From contig JAAYHN010000280.1 in NCBI GenBank assembly GCA_012735395.1, positions 1-48,583 of the forward strand: a stretch of 48,583 nt of DNA. The letters are read 5' to 3'. Origin of the DNA: Alcaligenaceae bacterium (lineage in GTDB: Bacteria > Pseudomonadota > Gammaproteobacteria > Burkholderiales > Burkholderiaceae_B). Both the position numbers and the translations under genes were made by a program. The notes beneath the pieces were generated by a model. That model ran no database searches. It was not told the DNA's origin and saw only the letters and a list, made by a program, of their open reading frames with translations. Numbering within the stretch: the first letter of the stretch is position 1; the number at the start of each line of letters is the position of its first letter. This document shows, one piece after another, positions 41,851-48,583 of this stretch.

Positions 41851-42528
41851 ATGTCAACTTACCGCTTCATTTCAAGCCAGGAACGCCCAAGAGAGCGTTT
41901 AATCAATCACGGGCCTCAGGTTTTAACCACGCCCGAACTGCTCGCAATCATACTCAGAACCGGCGTCAACGGCTGTGACGCCGTCAACTTCGGGGCCCGT
42001 TTATTAAACGAGTTTGGCGGGTTGCGCAGCCTCCTGGCGGCTGATATTGCCTTACTGCAAAAGGTCAAAGGCCTGGGCAATGCAAAAATATGCCAGTTAC
42101 TGGCCATTCATGAATTGGCGCAGCGCTCCCTGGAAGAAGAACTGCAAAGCCGCAGCGCCCTGGATCACCCGCAAAAGGTCAAGGCCTACTGCAGCAGCAA
42201 GCTGGCCCATCTTACCGTAGAACATTGCATGGCGATTTATCTGGATACCCGTTACCGCCTTATATGCAGTGAAGAAATTTCACAGGGTACCTTAAGCCAG
42301 GCATCCGTGTACCCGCGTGAACTGATCAAGTCTGCCCTTAAACATCATGCTGCTGCCGTTATCCTCTCACACAATCACCCTTCCGGCATCCCGGAACCCA
42401 GCATGGCCGACATCACCCTTACCCAGCATATCCGGAAAGCACTGCAGCTGGTTGATATCAAACTGCTTGATCACCTTATTGTGGCTGCCGGACAAACCGT
42501 ATCACTGGCAGAAAAAGGAGATATCTGA
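41851..42528 (+). CDS. radC: RadC/JAB-domain protein
   Basis: RPRERL, ELLAIILRTG, VYPRE, HNHPSG and LLDHLIV. ATG at 41851. Confidence 0.95.
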   Translation: MSTYRFISSQERPRERLINHGPQVLTTPELLAIILRTGVNGCDAVNFGARLLNEFGGLRSLLAADIALLQKVKGLGNAKICQLLAIHELAQRSLEEELQSRSALDHPQKVKAYCSSKLAHLTVEHCMAIYLDTRYRLICSEEISQGTLSQASVYPRELIKSALKHHAAAVILSHNHPSGIPEPSMADITLTQHIRKALQLVDIKLLDHLIVAAGQTVSLAEKGDI

Positions 42529-42748
42529 CTGCCACAACAAACAAAACAAGCTATTTAAGGCAACAACCGGACAGTTAACCTGAACTCCCGGTAACATCCG
42601 CCTGAATAATCCGGTTTTACGGCCCCAGCCATAGATTTGGTGATAATTGTCGTTCACATGATGTTTAAACTCGGATATAGTAGCCATACTTGTCAGTTAC
42701 AGACAAACACAAACTAACTATTTAAACCGAACACTGAACGAGATTACT

Positions 42749-43069
42749 ATGCGCTGCGACGTTACTTTTATATTCACTCCGAAAGAATCTCTGGAAATCA
42801 ATACCAGTATTGTTCACGCCCAGGAAAACATGGAACAGGCCCGCGAATGGCTAATCAAAAAATGGGACGAATTGGGCTGCGAACCGCTCAGGCCCAGCGG
42901 GAAAGTACTTTTACTTGACCGTATTCTTGCCATTACCGACACCCTTGGCCATGACTGGCTGTCCGATCACGAAGAAGAAGCGGAAGAATTTGCCCGCCAT
43001 TGTGCACTGGCACTTGATTCTGTCCGCGTCGTGGTTGACCTGCCCGGGCTTTCCATTCACTCTTCCTGA
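42749..43069 (+). CDS. Hypothetical acidic cytoplasmic protein (106 aa)
   Basis: Clean ORF with protein-like composition (W..LGCEPLRPSGKVLLLDRIL) filling the intergenic space. No family recognised. Confidence 0.7.
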   Translation: MRCDVTFIFTPKESLEINTSIVHAQENMEQAREWLIKKWDELGCEPLRPSGKVLLLDRILAITDTLGHDWLSDHEEEAEEFARHCALALDSVRVVVDLPGLSIHSS

Positions 43070-43316
43070 AACCAGCCTTATTTTCAGGTTTAGCCAAATT
43101 ATGCAGCTGGCCATGGCTCCCCGGAACGCATGTTTTTTGTTGTAAACCCACTACTTTTTATCCAACAGCCAGCTCGTAAGTGCTTATTTAGATACAAAAA
43201 AAATAGCCACTTAAACTTTTATGGTAAAATTCTATCCTTATTTTTGGATACGTTGCTACCAGTTTATGTAATGCTACTATCTGATAGCTGGCGACCCGCT
43301 TAACCAAGGAACCCAA

Positions 43317-43583
43317 ATGAAAGAAGGTATTCACCCCGATTACCGCGAAGTTGTTTTCGCCGACCTGCAAACAGGCACAAAATTCATCACTCGTTCAACC
43401 GTGAACACGCGTGAAACCATTGAACTGGACGGCAAAACATACCCGCTGTTCAAATGCGACGTGACCTCAGAATCTCACCCATTCTATACTGGTGCACAAA
43501 CACGTATTGTTGAAACCGGCCGTGTAGAAAAATTCCGCGCCCGTTTCGCACGCACTGCAGGTACATTGAAAAAATCTTCCTGA
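43317..43583 (+). CDS. rpmE2: 50S ribosomal protein L31 type B (no Zn ribbon)
   Basis: [14 protein letters not shown]...SESHPFYTG...[10 protein letters not shown]. It lacks the four-Cys motif. Confidence 0.96.
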   Translation: MKEGIHPDYREVVFADLQTGTKFITRSTVNTRETIELDGKTYPLFKCDVTSESHPFYTGAQTRIVETGRVEKFRARFARTAGTLKKSS

Positions 43584-43626
43584 TTTTCAGGGCAAATATA
43601 TTGCCCAGGCAGATTTTTCCAAAAAG

Positions 43627-43657
43627 AAAGCAGCCTTTTCTAAGGGCTGCTTTTTTT
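43627..43657 (+). terminator. rpmE2 intrinsic terminator
   Basis: AAAGCAGCC...GGCTGCTTTTTTT. Confidence 0.85.
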
Positions 43658-43716
43658 ATGGTTTAATATGCCATCATATCACTCAATACGAGTGCAAAAT
43701 CCAACTCTATCAATAA

Positions 43717-45471
43717 GTGCATTCTGTGTCTGTACTCCAAAGAACCACTCCTGCCCGCCTGACTGAACCGGCCACACGTAAACTTCCCCGGATCGCCCTG
43801 CTTATTGTTGGAGTCCTGTATATTTTTGCCGGCCTTTTTTTTCGTGACCCCTGGAAAACCGATGACCTGACAGGCCTGGCCACCATGCTCGACGCCTATC
43901 GCGAACCATCAGCATGGCTCTTGCCACAAATTGGCAGTTTTGCCTTTGCCCAGGAAGGCCCCTTGACAACCTGGATTGGCGCGCTTTCAATTATGCTGTT
44001 CAGCCCGGTTTTCTCCCTGTTCACAGACCCTTTAACTGCGCAAATCACGGCCGCAAGACTGCCCAATTTTCTTTACTTTTTCCTGCTTTTATGGGGGGTG
44101 TGGTATGGCACCTATCTGCTGGCCCGCCGCCCTGAATGCCAGCCACTGCCCTTACCCTTTGGAGGAGAGCCCCCGGCCCGTGATTATGGCCGCATGCTTG
44201 CCGACGTTGCCTTTCTGTTTATAGTGGCTTCAATCGGCATTATTATCCGGATTCACGAAACCTCTTCTTTCCCCCTGCTGCTGGCACTGTTTTCCATCGC
44301 CTTTTATGGCCTATGCCGAATGCTTGACCACCCCATCCAAGGGGGTGTCATTCTAGGCCTGGCCTTGGGCGGGGCCCTGCTTACCCGTGGTCTTATCGGG
44401 GCAACCCCCATCTTCTTTACCATTGCCTGCGCTTTTGTTTCCTCTGCCTACTCCCGCAAGGAAAAACCCGCACTCCTGCTTGCCCTGTTAGTGGGTATAG
44501 CCTGCCTACTGGCCTGGTTTCTGCCTGCCCGGGCAAGCAATCCTTACTGGGCAGCCAGCTGGTTATTCTGGAATTTTTCTTCATTTGGCTTCAGTGAGGC
44601 CGGCGCTGCCCTGAAAGCGCTCAGGGATATACTCTGGTTCACCTGGCCCACCTGGCCCTTTGCCCTGCTGGCCCTCTGGAACTGGCGCAGCTGGCTTCAG
44701 GCACCCCATATTTTCATACCGGGCACATTGGCTCTTGGCAGCTTTCTTACCATTATGATGGTAGACAATGCCTTTGAGCCAGAATACGCCATGCTAACAG
44801 TACCAAGCGCCGTGCTGGCAGCCATGTCCATCCCGACTTTGCGTCGTGGCATTATCAATATACTGGACTGGTTTTCCATTATGATATTGTCACTTTCCAT
44901 GGTCACGGTATGGCTTGGCTGGATAGCCCTGCATTTTGGCTGGCCAGCAAAAATCAATCACAATATCACCCGCCTGTTAACCGGCTATGAACCCAGCATT
45001 TCCCTGCTGGCAGTCATCGCCTCTATCGCTGTTTGCATATTTTGGTATTTTACGGTTTCCTGGCGCCTGCGCGTCAACCCGCAGGCTTTGTGGCGTGGCC
45101 TGATACTTTCTGCGACAGGCCTGACCTGCACCTGGCTGCTGCTGGTACTGCTGTGGTTACCTTCCATTAACTATAACCGAAGCTACAAACAGGTTTCACA
45201 AGAACTTTCGCAGGCATTGGCAACCCATGTTAACGCTGCCGACTGTGTACGCCAGCAAGGGGTTGGCATGGGGCAACGCGCGGCTTTCCGTGTATTTGAC
45301 AATATCAGCTTCTCGTATAAACAGACATGCAAATATACACTCCTGCAAACGACACGTGACCATATAAACATGCAAAGCCACCCTTTTGTTGATAACGCCG
45401 ACATTTTATGGCAGGGTGCGCGTAAATCAGAACGCCATGAAGTTTTCCTGCTTTTACGCCTGAATAAATAA
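43717..45471 (+). CDS. ArnT/PMT-like (GT-C fold) membrane glycosyltransferase
   Basis: N-terminal RDPWKTDD loop, many TM helices and WFTWPTWP. Confidence 0.8.
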   Translation: MHSVSVLQRTTPARLTEPATRKLPRIALLIVGVLYIFAGLFFRDPWKTDDLTGLATMLDAYREPSAWLLPQIGSFAFAQEGPLTTWIGALSIMLFSPVFSLFTDPLTAQITAARLPNFLYFFLLLWGVWYGTYLLARRPECQPLPLPFGGEPPARDYGRMLADVAFLFIVASIGIIIRIHETSSFPLLLALFSIAFYGLCRMLDHPIQGGVILGLALGGALLTRGLIGATPIFFTIACAFVSSAYSRKEKPALLLALLVGIACLLAWFLPARASNPYWAASWLFWNFSSFGFSEAGAALKALRDILWFTWPTWPFALLALWNWRSWLQAPHIFIPGTLALGSFLTIMMVDNAFEPEYAMLTVPSAVLAAMSIPTLRRGIINILDWFSIMILSLSMVTVWLGWIALHFGWPAKINHNITRLLTGYEPSISLLAVIASIAVCIFWYFTVSWRLRVNPQALWRGLILSATGLTCTWLLLVLLWLPSINYNRSYKQVSQELSQALATHVNAADCVRQQGVGMGQRAAFRVFDNISFSYKQTCKYTLLQTTRDHINMQSHPFVDNADILWQGARKSERHEVFLLLRLNK

Positions 45472-45476
45472 CAGCC

Positions 45477-46883
45477 ATGTTACCCCAGCAAACAGCCAGG
45501 CTTTCTTTTACCGGAATTATCAGCTACATTCTGAAACAGGCCTGGCCTATCCTGATCAGTCAATGGGCCGGCATTGCCTTTGCCGTCCTTGACAGCATGA
45601 TGCTGGGGCACTTCAGCCCCAACTCCCTGCAAGCCATGGCACTGGCCACTTCCATTTATATCACGATCAATATCGGGCTTATGGGTGTGGTGCATGCCCT
45701 TATCCCCATTTGCTCCCAGCATTTTGGTGCCGGAAAATATGAAGAAATCGGCCACTACTGGGGGCAGGGCCTATGGCTGTCATTCACCCTTGCACTGCTT
45801 GGCGGGCTGGTTTTCCTGTTTCCTGACGTATGGCTGTCCTTTTCCGGTGATATCCCTGAAAACGTTCGCCAGGAAATAAGCATTTACCTGCGTATTATTT
45901 TTATTGCCTTACCCGCCTCGTTAATGTTCCGGGTTATTTATGCCCTTTGCACTTCCGTCCAGAAACCCCGTCTGGTCATGCAAATCAACCTGTTCAGCAT
46001 TGCCATCAAAGCCTCACTGAACTGGCTGCTTATTTTTGGGCATGCCGGCCTGCCAGTGATGGGCAGTGCCGGTGCCAGTATTGCCACCGTCATTGCGTCA
46101 TGGTTTACCTTTTTTGCCGGGTTGTGGGTGGTGTTAAAAAACCCTTTTTACCGCCAGTTCAAACTGACAATCAGCCTGCCCAAACGCAAATATCTTGCCG
46201 ACATCCTGAAACTGGGCATTCCCATGGGCGGATCCTACCTGGTAGAGGTAAGCGCCTTCACCTTTATGGCCTTACTGGCGGCACGGGAAGGGACGTTCGT
46301 TTCCGGTGGACACCAAATCCTGTCCAACCTAACCGGCATCCTGTATATGATGCCCTTATCAATCGGTATCGCCACCTCTTCCTTAACGGCAAGTGCAGTG
46401 GGCGCCCGAAACTTCAGGTTTGCCCACCAGATTGCCATGAGCGGCCTGTTTATCAGCCTGATGGGGGTCTGCCTGAGTGTACTCATTGTCATTTTCGGCA
46501 AATTACTTATTATTCAGGCCTATACCTCTGATGCCAATGTTGCCCTGCTTGCCGGTGCGCTGCTAACCATTGTTCCCCTGCTGCATTTTTCCGATGCCCT
46601 GCAATGCATGAACTCCTATATTCTGCGGGCTTATAAAATTGCTATCGTTCCCTTTATTTTACAAAGTGTCCTGTTATTGGGTCTTGGGCTGGGAGGGGGC
46701 TGGTATTTCGGTTTCGGCCAAGGCAAAGGTTTTTTACAGCCTTTAATCAACCTTTTAACCCCCGGTGCACCAGTTGGCGTTTCAAGCTTATGGATTATGT
46801 GCAGTTTCAGCCTGCTCATTTGCGGTATTTTTTTGCATATCTGGTATTGGAAAGTAACAAATGAACAAAGAAAATCTCGGTAA
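45477..46883 (+). CDS. MATE-family efflux transporter (NorM-like)
   Basis: AWPILISQ...DSMMLG, LNWLLIFG and LGIPMG..YLVEVSAF. Confidence 0.92.
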   Translation: MLPQQTARLSFTGIISYILKQAWPILISQWAGIAFAVLDSMMLGHFSPNSLQAMALATSIYITINIGLMGVVHALIPICSQHFGAGKYEEIGHYWGQGLWLSFTLALLGGLVFLFPDVWLSFSGDIPENVRQEISIYLRIIFIALPASLMFRVIYALCTSVQKPRLVMQINLFSIAIKASLNWLLIFGHAGLPVMGSAGASIATVIASWFTFFAGLWVVLKNPFYRQFKLTISLPKRKYLADILKLGIPMGGSYLVEVSAFTFMALLAAREGTFVSGGHQILSNLTGILYMMPLSIGIATSSLTASAVGARNFRFAHQIAMSGLFISLMGVCLSVLIVIFGKLLIIQAYTSDANVALLAGALLTIVPLLHFSDALQCMNSYILRAYKIAIVPFILQSVLLLGLGLGGGWYFGFGQGKGFLQPLINLLTPGAPVGVSSLWIMCSFSLLICGIFLHIWYWKVTNEQRKSR

Positions 46884-48051
46884 TAAAATCCCATTCTGGT
46901 TAATCCTGATGGCACTGATTACTGCCCTTGGGCCTATTACCATTGATATGTACTTGCCCGCTTTTCCTGCCATCGCCAGGGATCTGGGTGTTTCCCAGCA
47001 CAATATTGAATTAACCGTTTCATCTTATCTACTGGGTCTGTCCCTGTCACAACTGTTTATAGGCCCTCTCACTGACCGCTATGGCCGTAAAAAACCCCTG
47101 CTGTTCGGGCTCGGACTGTACCTGCTGGCAACACTGGGATGCCTGTTTACCACCTCGTTTGAAATGCTCATGCTATCCCGTACCCTGCAGGCATTTGGGG
47201 CCGCCAGCTGCATTGTCATACCCAGGGCGGTCATCCGCGATCATTTCAATACACAGGAAGCTGCCCACGCCCTGTCATTGTTAATGTTAATTATGGGCCT
47301 GGCACCGGTGCTGGCTCCCATTGCAGGGGGTTACCTGGCCCCTATCGTTGGCTGGCGCGGCCTGTTTGGTTTTATGCTGCTGGCGGCCATCCTGCTTATT
47401 GTGCTTTGCATTGCCAAACTTGAAGAATCTCTCAAACCCGAACACGCCAGCCAGCTGAATGCCAAAACCATCTTCAAAAACTACACCGGATTACTCTGCC
47501 ACAAAAACTTCATGGCTTTTGCCCTGTGTGGTGGCCTGGCCATGGCTGGACTGTTTTCCTTCATATCATCATCACCCACTATTTTCATTGACCAGTTCGG
47601 CGTGGCGCCAGAACACTTCGGCTACCTGTTTGGCCTGAATGCCGGCGGCATGATACTGGGCTCCCAGCTCAGTGTCCGCATGCTGCGCAAACACCCCTCC
47701 CATACGGTCCTTAAAAAAGCCCTGTTGCTAACAATCACCGGCAGTGGCGTTGGCCTGCTCCTGGCACTGACAGGCCTTATCAACCTGCCCCTTTTTGTTA
47801 TTTGCATGCTGGTGTTAAGCTGCGGTATAGGCATTATCAACCCGAATGCCACCGCCCTGGCCCTGAAAGAACAGGGTGGCAGACTGGGGGTCGCTTCCGC
47901 CCTGATGGGTTGCATACTGTTTATGTTTGGCACTTTAACCAGCAGCCTTGTCAGCAGCTGGCAAACCGGTACCGCCGTACCCTTATTAACCAGCCTGTTT
48001 GTTTGCAGCCTGATTTCCTTTATATGCGGCAGATTCATCGGACGCGCCTGA
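46861..48051 (+). CDS. Bcr/CflA-family multidrug MFS transporter
   Basis: IDMYLPAFP, GPLTDRYGRKKPLL and APIAGG...GWR. Confidence 0.93.
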   Translation: MNKENLGNKIPFWLILMALITALGPITIDMYLPAFPAIARDLGVSQHNIELTVSSYLLGLSLSQLFIGPLTDRYGRKKPLLFGLGLYLLATLGCLFTTSFEMLMLSRTLQAFGAASCIVIPRAVIRDHFNTQEAAHALSLLMLIMGLAPVLAPIAGGYLAPIVGWRGLFGFMLLAAILLIVLCIAKLEESLKPEHASQLNAKTIFKNYTGLLCHKNFMAFALCGGLAMAGLFSFISSSPTIFIDQFGVAPEHFGYLFGLNAGGMILGSQLSVRMLRKHPSHTVLKKALLLTITGSGVGLLLALTGLINLPLFVICMLVLSCGIGIINPNATALALKEQGGRLGVASALMGCILFMFGTLTSSLVSSWQTGTAVPLLTSLFVCSLISFICGRFIGRA

Positions 48052-48294
48052 AATCACGGGACACCCGGACGGAAAACGACATTTTCCGCCATTTGACAGC
48101 AATAAAGCTGAAAAAGCTTGCTATAAGATTAATTTCCATATTAAAATTAAAGGCTTAGCTTTTTGAGAGTATATTTTTCAAAAGGCAGGCTTAAAAGTAG
48201 CACTGATTGAAACGGCATCACGCTTGTGCAATCGGTTTTTCAGAAGGCTGGCCCGAGCCAAAAATCCGGCCTATAACTTAACGAGGTGTTAATC

Positions 48295-48531
48295 ATGGCT
48301 AAAGTATGCCAAGTAACCGGCAAGCGCCCCATTACCGGTAATAATGTTTCTCACGCTAACAACAAAACCAAACGTCGTTTCCTGCCTAACCTGCAGTCTC
48401 GCCGTTTCTGGGTTGAAAGCGAAAACCGTTGGGTTCGCCTGCGCGTATCCACAAATGCACTGCGCACCATTGACAAAAAAGGCATCGACGCTGTTTTGGC
48501 TGAAATGCGTGCCAACGGTCAATCTGTTTAA
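48295..48531 (+). CDS. rpmB: 50S ribosomal protein L28
   Basis: [34 protein letters not shown]; RBS GAGGTG. Confidence 0.98.
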   Translation: MAKVCQVTGKRPITGNNVSHANNKTKRRFLPNLQSRRFWVESENRWVRLRVSTNALRTIDKKGIDAVLAEMRANGQSV

Positions 48532-48578
48532 GCCTTGGGTGCTTAAATATTTTCTGAATTTATTCCCAGGAGCTTAAA

Positions 48579-48583
48579 ATGGC
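48579..48583 (+). CDS. Start of next gene, probably 50S ribosomal protein L33 (truncated by window)
   Basis: CAGGAG-cttaaa-ATGGC at the window end. Identity is inferred only from the usual rpmB-rpmG order. Confidence 0.45.

Noticed and set aside
41851-42528. radC as a marker of a mobile or defence island
   Set aside because: It is the full-length chromosomal form next to fkpB-ispH, not the short JAB-only form found on mobile elements.

Overview
This 48.6-kb window of roughly 50% GC reads as chromosome from a Betaproteobacterium. The Bug/TctC protein, type-B L31, purD-hemF-nadD-rsfS-rlmH-maf and fkpB-ispH gene content points to Burkholderiales, probably Alcaligenaceae (inference). The left edge holds the 3' end of an IS66-family element and a decayed type I restriction (hsdR) fragment. 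The first ~15 kb is accessory-like: a tandem glycine riboswitch before a UPF0126/TRIC gene, a PepSY plus two-component cluster, a LysR/Bug/flavin-monooxygenase module, a barnase-barstar pair, an MFS, an FMN glutamate-synthase-like protein and three tandem lipoproteins. The rest is mostly housekeeping (cytochrome b and c', purB, mnmA, glcDEF, DAHP synthase, tldD, pepN, fbp, yebC, purD, hemF, nadD, rsfS, rlmH, maf, maiA, ispH, fkpB, radC, rpmE2, ArnT-like, MATE, Bcr, rpmB). The two best signals are both missing from the ORF track. One is a Phe/Tyr-rich leader peptide with a complete terminator/antiterminator attenuator upstream of DAHP synthase. The other is a 47-aa acidic protein ending in CGDACKI, resembling the redox tail of ribonucleotide reductase, downstream of barnase-barstar. 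No rRNA, tRNA or CRISPR array was seen. All family assignments come from motif recognition by eye, not database searches.
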